NCBI GenBank assembly: GCA_965261055.1
Contig: OZ253440.1
Location: 44,726-108,725 of the forward strand
DNA length: 64,000 nt
Direction: 5' to 3'
Source: Fibrobacteria bacterium
GTDB lineage: Bacteria; Fibrobacterota; Fibrobacteria; UBA11236; JADFYW01
Both the position numbers and the translations under genes were made by a program. The notes under the pieces are model-generated. The model was not told where the DNA came from. It was given only the letters and a program-made list of their open reading frames with translations, and did not search any database. Below are positions 10,738-19,794 of this stretch, one piece after another. Each line of letters starts with the position of its first letter. Position 1 is the first letter of the stretch.

Positions 10738-11570
10738 ATAATTAGCAAGAATATAACAAGTTGAATTAAGGGAAATATGGAAGCATGAGGCGACCAATTT
10801 TGCATATTGGCTAGTAAAGAAAATTTGGATTTGTTAAGCGAAGAGATAGACATTGAAATTTTTCTAATTGGTACTAAGTGTAATGTTGGAAGATTTCATG
10901 TTGACATGTACGCTGAAGAAGCAAGCACAGATAGAAAAATGATGATTGAAAATCAATTAAAAAAACTGACTGTGATCATCTAGGCAAGCTAATTATCCAG
11001 TCTCTAGGCTTGATGCTGTGAAATTATCATTTGGATTATGAAAGAAGTGTTAGAGGAACATCAACAGGCAATAGACTGGTTAAATGAAAAGACAGATGAA
11101 AAAATAAATTTCTTTGTTATTAAAATGGAAGTTTGGAAAATTGGAAATTCAGAACCTGCACCAAAATTTCACATCATTTCAAACCCAATAATTATTGGAC
11201 TAAATCAGTTAAAAAATCTGTTCAAAATCTTGTATTAACAGAAACAACATCGCTTCAAAAAGATTTTTGGGACAGCTTTAAAGAATATATATGCCTATAA
11301 TAAAAATTTGAAATGGAAATTGAGCAAAACTTATCCACAACATTGGTATAATTTAAGTTTTGGACGATCAGATTGCCGTATTTCATTAACTATTAATTTT
11401 GGAACGAAAGAATTAGCTTGTGAAATTTATATTTCAAACAGTCAAGAAATTTATGAGTCCTTTCTTAATAAAAAGACCGAAATTGACTCTAAAATTCAAG
11501 GGTTTGGCTATAACTACCAATGAGGAAGGCAAGTCGAATAAAGAAGAAAGTCAAAGGAGATTTTATTGAA
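10738..11570 (+). pseudogene. DUF4268-type protein with endonuclease-like N-terminus, multiple frameshifts and stops
   Basis: Fragments VELREIWKHEATNF, ENLDLLSEEIDI, IENQL..DHLGKLI, EEHQQAIDWLNEKTDEKINFF, APKFHII, PQHWYNLSFG, RKASRIK. The ORF-track entries 11038 and 11308 are pieces of it. Confidence 0.82.
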
Positions 11571-11955
11571 GCAAATCAAGCTTCATTGACAGAAGACTAT
11601 GTGAATAGCTTTACACTAGACAATTTGATTATAGGGTGTGTTGACAACAGTATTGTTGTAAACTCTTCCCCATATTGCAGGTAATATAAGCATTACTGCA
11701 AGTAATAAAACATACTAGAATGACATCAGTAATTGGAGGAATTTTGTTAGATTGCCTAGGGAGTTTCTTTTGTACTTCTTCTACCATTGATAGTGGAATC
11801 ATTTTGCTCAAATGGAAAATAATATAATCTTGACTTTAAAGGTTGATGACACTCTTTCAGATACAGCTTCGTTTGATACTTCAAGAAATGTTTTGATTTT
11901 TGAAGATAGTTATTCTGGTAAAACTCTCAGATTGGTTTATAGAAAACTTCATTAA
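11570..11955 (+). pseudogene. Remnant of a small exported protein (lipocalin-like 3' end), disrupted
   Basis: Open stretch ENNIILTLKVDDTLSDTASFDTSRNVLIFEDSYSGKTLRLVYRKLH* preceded by broken frames. Confidence 0.35.
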
Positions 11956-12280
11956 AAATCAACTGCAGGTTATTAGACTATATATTCTTAATACTTCATT
12001 TTTTTAATATGAAGTATTTTATTTAATATTTTATTATGTGATACATAATATGTACTCTTTTAACAAGATAATATTTAAATTCAATATCAGTATGATAAAA
12101 ATCACTTAGTATTTATTTATATATTACTAATAACCTTAATAAGGTAGTCGTTAATTAAGAAATTTAGTCGTCATAAATTTTGATAGATAGAAATATCAAA
12201 ATATTTTGATACGGTTGGTGTTTTAAAATAAAGTATTTTTCAAATAGTTTTTATTTAAAATTATTATTACTATTAAAATT

Positions 12281-12928
12281 ATGTTCCCAATTTTAAAAAC
12301 TATAGAATCTATTTTTTCAGCTAAATTAATACGGTTTTTTATCAGTTCTATTTTTATATCTCTAGGTATCTTTCTCCTTTTTGGAATCTTTGTTTTTTGG
12401 ATTGCAGGATTTTTACTTGAAGTTGAAATGCCTTATTTAAAAGGAACGATACAGTCTTTCATTTTTTTGGGTATTGGAATTGTTGGATGGTTTATGTTAC
12501 CTTCTTTGATTCCAATTATAGCTAGTTTCTTTCAAGAGAAGGTGGTAGATCGAGTTGATCGAGTTTTTTATCCTGATCAAGTGCTAAAAAAACAACCTCA
12601 ATGGTTTCCCAATTTAAAGCATGATCTTACTTTTTTATTTTGGGCCTTATTGTTAAACATATTAATTTTGCCTTTTTATTTGTGGGGAGTAGGTATTGTT
12701 TTATCTGTGATATTAAATACATATTTATTGGGGCGAGAATTTTTTGAAATGGCATCAGGTTATTATTTAGGAAGGCAAAAAGCAAAAGAATTGAGGCAAC
12801 AGCATCGCTTAATAATTTATGCAGGTGGTTTTGTAATTACCTGTATGACATTTGTTCCTTTGTTTAATTTATTAGTCCCTATTTTAGCTATTGTGTGGAT
12901 GGTGCATCTTTACCACCGAATTAGATAA
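12281..12928 (+). CDS. EI24/CysZ-like membrane protein
   Basis: Multi-TM with IIASFFQEKVVDRVDRVFYP, YLLGREFFE, VPLFNLLVPI. Confidence 0.8.
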   Translation: MFPILKTIESIFSAKLIRFFISSIFISLGIFLLFGIFVFWIAGFLLEVEMPYLKGTIQSFIFLGIGIVGWFMLPSLIPIIASFFQEKVVDRVDRVFYPDQVLKKQPQWFPNLKHDLTFLFWALLLNILILPFYLWGVGIVLSVILNTYLLGREFFEMASGYYLGRQKAKELRQQHRLIIYAGGFVITCMTFVPLFNLLVPILAIVWMVHLYHRIR

Positions 12929-13384
12929 CGAAAATTAGTGTTAAATTTTTTTAGTATTGGTAAGATTTTAAATCTTGTTTTATCAAAGTTATTACTCTAT
13001 TATATATTTCAAAAATATTTATACTTTTAACTAAAGTTGATTATTTTTGATTCTATTTTTGTATTTAAACAATAAAATTGTTCTATTAATTTTGTGTTTA
13101 TAGTTAATCTATTCGTAAGGTTGATTATTTTCTTTAATGTAAGTTTCCTTTTTAAAAGCATCTTTAATTTGCAATTAAAGGGGGTGATTTGACTGTTATG
13201 TATCAAGTAGAATTTTGACTCATTTGTAAAAATTAATATGATTTAGTATTCTTGATGTAGAAATTTTGATGGTTATATATAGGTTTTATTAAATCAAGTT
13301 GTAACTGAATTTGAGTAAATCATAATTTATTTAAGTTCAACTTAAAAAAATGTAAAAAACTGATGTATTAATTGTTAGATGAAT

Positions 13385-13469
13385 CAGAGAGAGGGGGATT
13401 CGAACCCCCGTGACATCGCTGTCAACATGCTTTCCAAGCATGCACCTTAAGCCACTCGGACACCTCTCT
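13385..13469 (-). tRNA. tRNA-Ser(GGA)
   Basis: Acceptor AGAGAGG/TCTCTCT, anticodon arm CATGC-TTGGAAA-GCATG, long variable arm, T arm GGGGG-TTCGAAT-CCCCC; CCA not encoded. Confidence 0.95.
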
Positions 13470-13495
13470 AAATACGAGGTATAATGTATGTATTA

Positions 13496-15286
13496 TTAGA
13501 TTGTTTTTCTAGTATCTAATGTTTGAAATTTGTATAACTTTTTATAGAAATTATTTTTTTGTAGTAACTCTGTATGTGAGCCAGCTTCAACAATCTCACC
13601 TTTGTGCATCACTAAAATTTTATCAGCTTTTTGAATTGTTGATAGACGGTGAGCGATAATAATGGTTGTCATATTTTTGGTGATTTTTTCGAGAGCATTT
13701 TGAATGATTTGTTCTGTTTGTGTATCAATGGATGATGAGGCTTCGTCTAAAAACAAAATATTTGGATTTTGATATAGAGTTCTGGCAAAAGCAATCAGTT
13801 GTCTTTCTCCAACGGAAATATTTCGACTACCTTCATTTAAAATAGTGTTTAATCCTTGAGGAAGTTTGTGGATAAAATCTTGAATCCCAAGCTGGTTAAC
13901 AATTGTGTTAATACGATCTAAATCAATATCGTGTGTTAAGCAAATGTTAAAAGCAATGCTTTCAGAAAATAAGGCTATATCTTGAGGAATAAAAGCCATG
14001 TTGGAGTATAATGTTTTTTTATCATAGTCTAAGATGTTTTTTCCATAAAAATGAATCTCTCCGCTAGACGGGAAATACAGACGATTACAAAGTTTAATAA
14101 GAGTGCTTTTGCCGCTTCCTGTTGCACCTACGATGGCAAATGTTTCACCTTCTTTAATATGAAAGCAAATATTTTTTAAAAAAGAGCTTTCTTTGTCGTA
14201 TCCAAAATAAACATTTTTAAACTCTAATTCAGCTGATCCAGATAATGTTTTGAGAGTTCCATTAGGAAGGGTTGCATCTAAATCTAACAATGTAAAGATG
14301 CGTTCAGCAGCAGAGAGTCCTGATTGCAGTTGTGTATACTTTTCACTAATTTCTTTTAATGGTCTCCAAAATATAGCCATATACCATGAAAAAGCAATGA
14401 GCGTTCCTAAAGTAATGGTATTGTGGAAAAAGAAATAAATTCCAGCAAAATAAGTGAGGCAAAGACTGACTTCGGTAATACTCTGCATGATTGGGAAATA
14501 GAAGCTATGGTAAGTAATATTCTTGAGCCATTTTTTTTTAAGAGATTGATTAATACCTTCAAACAATTTTAGATTTTGTTTGATTTTTCCAAAGATTTGA
14601 ACAATTTGAATACCAACAAACGATTCTTGAAGAGTTGTATTTAGCTTGGCAATGTCTTTAAAAATGAGTTGGTTAATGTCTCTTACTTTTTTCCTAAAAA
14701 TGGATGTAAAGATGAGCATTAAAGGGACAAACAAGAAAGTCACAAGGGCTAGTTTCCAATGAATTGTAAGCATAAAAATAATGGTGAAAACAATGACCAT
14801 AGAAGAACTAATGAGTTCAATAATTCCAGTTGAAAAAATGGCATTAAGAGTGTCAACATCATTTGTAAGTCGAGTCATGGTACGACCTAGAGGCGTTTTT
14901 TTGAAGAAATCTATTTTGTAACTTAAAAGGTTTTCAAATAGAGTCACTCTAATTTTTTGGACAATGTTTAGAGCTAACATTTGGCTTGAAAGTAAAGTTA
15001 GATACTTTAACAAGTTCCCAACGATAACCAAGATAAAAAACAAAGAAACATGAGTCAGGATACCGTTTGTATTCCTCTCTTTGAGAGGACCATCTACAAT
15101 ATCAAGCAAGATTTTAGGTAACCATTGAGGTATAAATTCACTTATCAAAATTCCAAGCCCAGCAAAAAAAAGGAGAAAAGGGTGCTGAAAAAGCATCTTC
15201 CCTAAGCGTTCCCAAAGTCGTTGATCTAAAAAATTGAGAACTGTATCTTCGTCTAAATAAGCTTTAGGCTTCTGGTTAGAAGTCAT
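13496..15286 (-). CDS. ABC exporter, fused TMD-NBD (subunit 2 of a heterodimer)
   Basis: Walker A GATGSGKS, degenerate signature ISVGERQ, Walker B LDEASS. Confidence 0.93.
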   Translation of the reverse strand: MTSNQKPKAYLDEDTVLNFLDQRLWERLGKMLFQHPFLLFFAGLGILISEFIPQWLPKILLDIVDGPLKERNTNGILTHVSLFFILVIVGNLLKYLTLLSSQMLALNIVQKIRVTLFENLLSYKIDFFKKTPLGRTMTRLTNDVDTLNAIFSTGIIELISSSMVIVFTIIFMLTIHWKLALVTFLFVPLMLIFTSIFRKKVRDINQLIFKDIAKLNTTLQESFVGIQIVQIFGKIKQNLKLFEGINQSLKKKWLKNITYHSFYFPIMQSITEVSLCLTYFAGIYFFFHNTITLGTLIAFSWYMAIFWRPLKEISEKYTQLQSGLSAAERIFTLLDLDATLPNGTLKTLSGSAELEFKNVYFGYDKESSFLKNICFHIKEGETFAIVGATGSGKSTLIKLCNRLYFPSSGEIHFYGKNILDYDKKTLYSNMAFIPQDIALFSESIAFNICLTHDIDLDRINTIVNQLGIQDFIHKLPQGLNTILNEGSRNISVGERQLIAFARTLYQNPNILFLDEASSSIDTQTEQIIQNALEKITKNMTTIIIAHRLSTIQKADKILVMHKGEIVEAGSHTELLQKNNFYKKLYKFQTLDTRKTI

Positions 15287-17027
15287 TGAATTCTCTTTTC
15301 ATTTGTTGTTTTTGATAGATTTTGGTATAACGACCATTCTTAGCTAAAAGTTCTTGATGTGTTCCTTGCTCTTTGATTTCTCCTTGATCTAAAACAATAA
15401 TATGACTACAGTGGCTAACGACTGAACAACGGTGGCTAGCGATGATAATCGTTTTTTGTTTAAATTTAGATTTTAAATTTGTAATTGTTTTGGCCTCTGT
15501 ATAAGAATCTAAAGCTGAAAATGTATCATCAAGACATAAAATATTTGCATTAGAAATTAAAGCTCTAGCTAAACCAACTCTTTGCTTTTGACCACCACTT
15601 AGGTTGATGCCTTTTTCTCCTAAAACTGTTTCGTATCCATCTTTGATTTGATGTAAATCTTGTTCAAAATTTGCAAGACCTCCAACTTCTTGGTAAGAAT
15701 AAATACTGTCTTTTTGAAGACCTAAATTAATGTTAAAGCGAATGCTTTCAGAAAACAAAAAACCATCTTGAGGTGCGAGAGATACTTTGGAAAACCATTC
15801 TTTGTACGAAATTTGGTTAGAGTCAACATCTCCTAGAAAGAGAGAGTTAACAGGGGGGGGGTAAATTTTACAAATGAGTTTAAGCAGAGTTGTTTTTCCA
15901 GAACCAGTAGATCCTACAATACCTAAAGATGACTTAGAAGGAATTGAAAGATTAATATTTTTTAAAATAGGTTGGTCGGAATAAGGATAGGTGAAAGAAA
16001 GATTTTTAAAAAGTAAGTTATGGTTTTTAATTTGGGATGTTGTATTAGATTGTATTAAAGGAAGTAAATTTTCTTTTAATTCTAGGATACGGTCTATAGA
16101 AGCATTTGAACGTTGCATTAAATTTAAAACCCAACCTAAACCACTGAGAGGGGGTTGAAGTCTAATAAGATAAAGAAAAATAGCAGTGAATGTCCCTAAA
16201 GTAATTTCATTATTAATCACCATTTTGCTCCCTTGCCAAATGACTAATAAAACCCCAAGAGAACCTAAGAAAGAGATTATTGGCCAAAGTCCAGATGTAA
16301 TAAAAGCAACCTTTGTAGATTCTTTTTTTAGTTCTTGGCTATGTTGTTCAAATTTTTGACTAAAACTTTCTTCTTTATTAAAAATTTTGATCACTTGGAT
16401 TCCAGAGATACTATCTTGAACAAATGCGTTTAAAGAGCCTAACTTTTTTTGAATGCGTGTATGTAAATGGTGTGTCTTTTTTAAAAAACGATTCACAAAC
16501 AAAGGTAGTACAAAAATAGGAATGAGGCCAATCAAAGATAAATAAGGACTTAAAAGAATCAGAGCAACTAAGGAGAATAAGGTATTTAGTGTCATTCTAT
16601 TTAAATGTAGTGTTACAGGTCCAATAAAATCTCGAATACGATCAAGGTCGTTTGTTAAGCGAGACATTAAATCACCGACGGTGTTTTTATCGTAAAAACT
16701 TTGAGGTTGTTCAAGAATGCTTTTTAATAAATCTTTACGAATTTGGTATTCAATTTTTCTAGAGGATCCAATGACCATTTTGCGTTGAAAGAAAAGCATG
16801 GTACCACTGATTAGGCTAATCAATACAATTGCAAATAATGGTTCACTTAAAAAATAAAATGAAGAAGAATTTGAAGTGTAATTTTGTAGGCGATCAAAGA
16901 AAATTTTGGTTGACCATGGAATAAGTTGATCTAAAATAGCAGTAAAAATAGCGAGAGTTAGTCCTAAGAAAATTTTTGTGCGATAAGGCTTAAAGTATGG
17001 TAAAATCCATTTTAACCGTTTTTTCAT
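15276..17027 (-). CDS. ABC exporter, fused TMD-NBD (subunit 1 of a heterodimer)
   Basis: GDLMSRLTND, Walker A GSTGSGKT, LSGGQKQR, non-canonical Walker B LDDTFSALD; overlaps its partner gene. Confidence 0.93.
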   Translation of the reverse strand: MKKRLKWILPYFKPYRTKIFLGLTLAIFTAILDQLIPWSTKIFFDRLQNYTSNSSSFYFLSEPLFAIVLISLISGTMLFFQRKMVIGSSRKIEYQIRKDLLKSILEQPQSFYDKNTVGDLMSRLTNDLDRIRDFIGPVTLHLNRMTLNTLFSLVALILLSPYLSLIGLIPIFVLPLFVNRFLKKTHHLHTRIQKKLGSLNAFVQDSISGIQVIKIFNKEESFSQKFEQHSQELKKESTKVAFITSGLWPIISFLGSLGVLLVIWQGSKMVINNEITLGTFTAIFLYLIRLQPPLSGLGWVLNLMQRSNASIDRILELKENLLPLIQSNTTSQIKNHNLLFKNLSFTYPYSDQPILKNINLSIPSKSSLGIVGSTGSGKTTLLKLICKIYPPPVNSLFLGDVDSNQISYKEWFSKVSLAPQDGFLFSESIRFNINLGLQKDSIYSYQEVGGLANFEQDLHQIKDGYETVLGEKGINLSGGQKQRVGLARALISNANILCLDDTFSALDSYTEAKTITNLKSKFKQKTIIIASHRCSVVSHCSHIIVLDQGEIKEQGTHQELLAKNGRYTKIYQKQQMKREFNDF

Positions 17028-17190
17028 ATGCACAAATTTACTTTAATTAAAAGACTGAATAGCAAACCATTTTAAATAATATATTGTTTAATCTTGGTTT
17101 TTCAGAATTCTAGTAAAAATATTGATTTATTATAGTACAAGAAAATACAAGTTTCTATTTTTGCTGTAAATTGTATTAAAGGAAGTGAAA

Positions 17191-18441
17191 ATGTCTTACA
17201 AAAACATTAAAATCCCAGAAATTGGTGAAAAAATAATATTAAATTCACAAGGTCAAGTGACTCCTGTTAATTGTCCAATTATTCCGTTTATTGAGGGTGA
17301 TGGAACTGGACCCGATATTTGGAAAGCATCTAAATTGGTGATTGATGCAGCTGTTGAAAAAGCTTATGGAAGTGATAAAAAAATTGCTTGGATGGAAATT
17401 TTTGCAGGTGAAAAAGCATTAACAGTTTACGGTGAAGATCAATGGCTTCCAGAAGAGACTGTTCAATGTATTCGAGATTATAAAATTGCAATTAAAGGTC
17501 CTTTAACAACTCCAATTGGAGGTGGTATTCGCAGTATTAATGTTGCATTACGACAATTTTTGGATTTATATGCGTGTGTACGTCCTGTGCGTTGGTTTGA
17601 AGGTGTTCCAGCTCCAGTTAAAAAACCAGAAGATTTAGATGTGGTTATTTTTAGAGAAAACACAGAAGATGTTTATTCTGGAATTGAATTTGCTTCAGAT
17701 ACTCCAGAATCTAAGCGTGTTATTGAATTGATTGAAAAAGAATCGGGTAAAAAAATTCGCCCAGGAAGTGGAATTGGAGTTAAACCTGTTTCTAAAGAAG
17801 GTACGCAAAGATTGGTTGCTAAAGCTATCCAATATGCAATTGACCAAAATTTACCAACTGTAACTCTTGTTCACAAAGGTAACATCATGAAATTTACAGA
17901 AGGTGCTTTTGCTCGTTGGGGTTATGAAGTTGCTGTTGAAAAATTTAGAGAACACATTATTACAGAGCAAGAACTTTGGGATCAGTTTGATGGTAAAAAA
18001 CCAGAAGGTAAAATTTTGGTTCAAGATCGTATAGCTGATGCAATGTTCCAACAGTTATTATTGAGACCAGATGAGTATTCAGTATTAGCGACTCTTAATC
18101 TTAATGGTGATTATTTATCAGATGCTTGTGCCGCTCAAGTTGGTGGACTTGGTTTGGCTCCAGGTGCAAATATTGGTGCTACTGCTGCTATTTTTGAAGC
18201 CACTCATGGTACAGCTCCAAAATATGCTAATTTGGATAAAATTAATCCAGGTTCTGTTATTTTGTCTGCGGTGATGATGTTAGAGCATTTAGGTTGGTTA
18301 GAAGCGGCTAAAATGATTACGGATTCAGTGAGTAAGACCATTGGTCTTAAACAAGTGACTTACGATTTAGCTCGTCAAATGGACGGTTCTATGGAAGTGA
18401 AATGTTCTGAATTTGCTCAGTTATTAATTAAAAATTTATAA
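17191..18441 (+). CDS. icd: NADP-dependent isocitrate dehydrogenase
   Basis: [55 protein letters not shown]. Confidence 0.97.
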   Translation: MSYKNIKIPEIGEKIILNSQGQVTPVNCPIIPFIEGDGTGPDIWKASKLVIDAAVEKAYGSDKKIAWMEIFAGEKALTVYGEDQWLPEETVQCIRDYKIAIKGPLTTPIGGGIRSINVALRQFLDLYACVRPVRWFEGVPAPVKKPEDLDVVIFRENTEDVYSGIEFASDTPESKRVIELIEKESGKKIRPGSGIGVKPVSKEGTQRLVAKAIQYAIDQNLPTVTLVHKGNIMKFTEGAFARWGYEVAVEKFREHIITEQELWDQFDGKKPEGKILVQDRIADAMFQQLLLRPDEYSVLATLNLNGDYLSDACAAQVGGLGLAPGANIGATAAIFEATHGTAPKYANLDKINPGSVILSAVMMLEHLGWLEAAKMITDSVSKTIGLKQVTYDLARQMDGSMEVKCSEFAQLLIKNL

Positions 18442-18460
18442 GTATTATTGATTTTTTATA

Positions 18461-18495
18461 AACCTCAAAAAGCTTAAGATTTTTTGAGTTTTTAT
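18461..18495 (+). terminator. Weak AT-rich hairpin after icd
   Basis: CTCAAAAA/TTTTTGAG stem followed by a T run. Confidence 0.35.
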
Positions 18496-18575
18496 GTAAT
18501 TAAAAATACAAGTTTATCTTTGATTACTATTTTTTATATTTGGTAAGTGTATAAGCTTTGAATTAAGGAATCGTC

Positions 18576-19727
18576 ATGACAGAATCTCTTTTTAACATTA
18601 GAAAAGAACATTTAGACCGTGGTTTAAGAGGTGTTCCAGTAGGGCATTGTACAACTAGTGCCGTCAGTCCTGAAAAAGGTGTAAGCTATAGAGGTTATTA
18701 TGTTAATCAATTACAAGATAAAAGTCCAGAAGAGGTTATGTATCTAGTTTATTATGGTGAATTACCAACTTCTGAACAACTTAAAGAGTTTCAAGTTGTT
18801 CTAATTGAAAAATCAAAAGTGTCTTCTTCTGTTTTAGATAATTTGAAACATTTGCCTAAAAAGGGTCAACCTATGAAATGGTTTTCGGCGGGTATTAACC
18901 TTTTAGGAATGGAATATAGCACAGGAAATTATGTAGAGGATAATTTTAATCTTATTGCTAAGTTACCTACAATTGTTGCGACTATCTTCCGTCTTAGAGA
19001 AAATTTACCTTTAATTGAACCTAATACAGAATTGGGTTACATTGAGAACTTTTGTCATATGTTAGGTTCTCTCAACGATGAGAAATTTGTGCGTGTGATG
19101 CGTTTGTTCTATATTCTTCACATTGATCATGGAGGTGGTAATTTATCAACTTTCGTTGGTAAAGCTGTCGCTTCGGGTTTAGAAGATTTATACGGATCTT
19201 TAGTTGGAGCTATGAATGCTTTAGCTGGTCCTTTACATGGAAAGGCAAATCAAGAATGTTTGAGCTTTCTTAAAATGGTTCAATCTAAAGTGAGTGATGT
19301 TGAAAATAAAGAAGAGCTCAAAAAAGTTCTCCAAGATCATTTTGATAATGGGGGTAAAATTTTTGGTTTTGGTCATGCTGTTTTACGAGTTGAAGATCCA
19401 AGAGCTACAATTCAATATTTATTAGGTCAAGAAATTCTAAAAGATAGCCCTTTGTTTAAATTAGCTTTAAATTTACGTGAAGTTGGTGTTGAATTTTTAA
19501 AACAATTTCCTAAAATATCAAACCCTTATCCTAATGTGGATGCTGTTTCTGGAGTTTTATTAGACTCTATCGGATTAAAAGACGACACTTATTATACAGT
19601 GTTATTTGGTTTCTCTCGTTGTATGGGAATAGCCGCTCAAATTGTTTATGAAAGAACAATGGCTAACAATGGTAAGGGAACGCCTATCATTCGTCCAAAA
19701 TATTTATACAGTGGACCTCAGAGATAA
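18576..19727 (+). CDS. gltA: Citrate synthase
   Basis: DHGGGNLST, ALAGPLHGKANQ, GFGHAVLRVEDPR, YPNVDAVSG. Confidence 0.93.
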   Translation: MTESLFNIRKEHLDRGLRGVPVGHCTTSAVSPEKGVSYRGYYVNQLQDKSPEEVMYLVYYGELPTSEQLKEFQVVLIEKSKVSSSVLDNLKHLPKKGQPMKWFSAGINLLGMEYSTGNYVEDNFNLIAKLPTIVATIFRLRENLPLIEPNTELGYIENFCHMLGSLNDEKFVRVMRLFYILHIDHGGGNLSTFVGKAVASGLEDLYGSLVGAMNALAGPLHGKANQECLSFLKMVQSKVSDVENKEELKKVLQDHFDNGGKIFGFGHAVLRVEDPRATIQYLLGQEILKDSPLFKLALNLREVGVEFLKQFPKISNPYPNVDAVSGVLLDSIGLKDDTYYTVLFGFSRCMGIAAQIVYERTMANNGKGTPIIRPKYLYSGPQR

Positions 19728-19768
19728 TTTTTTTTAAAAGTTTAAAAGAGCAATTTATTTAAACAAAT

Positions 19769-19794
19769 AAGGTGAGTATGAAAGGTGAGTATGA
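19769..19794 (+). repeat. Perfect 13-bp tandem duplication containing RBS and ATG
   Basis: AAGGTGAGTATGA at 19769-19781 and 19782-19794. Confidence 0.9.

Noticed and set aside
11629-11811. 60-aa minus-strand ORF
   Set aside because: More likely the antisense shadow of a plus-strand gene remnant; no motifs.
12032-13180. 8-bp inverted repeats TATTATGT/ACATAATA (12032-12050) and CTTTAATT/AATTAAAG (13162-13180)
   Set aside because: Short and nearly all A/T, so expected by chance in this composition.
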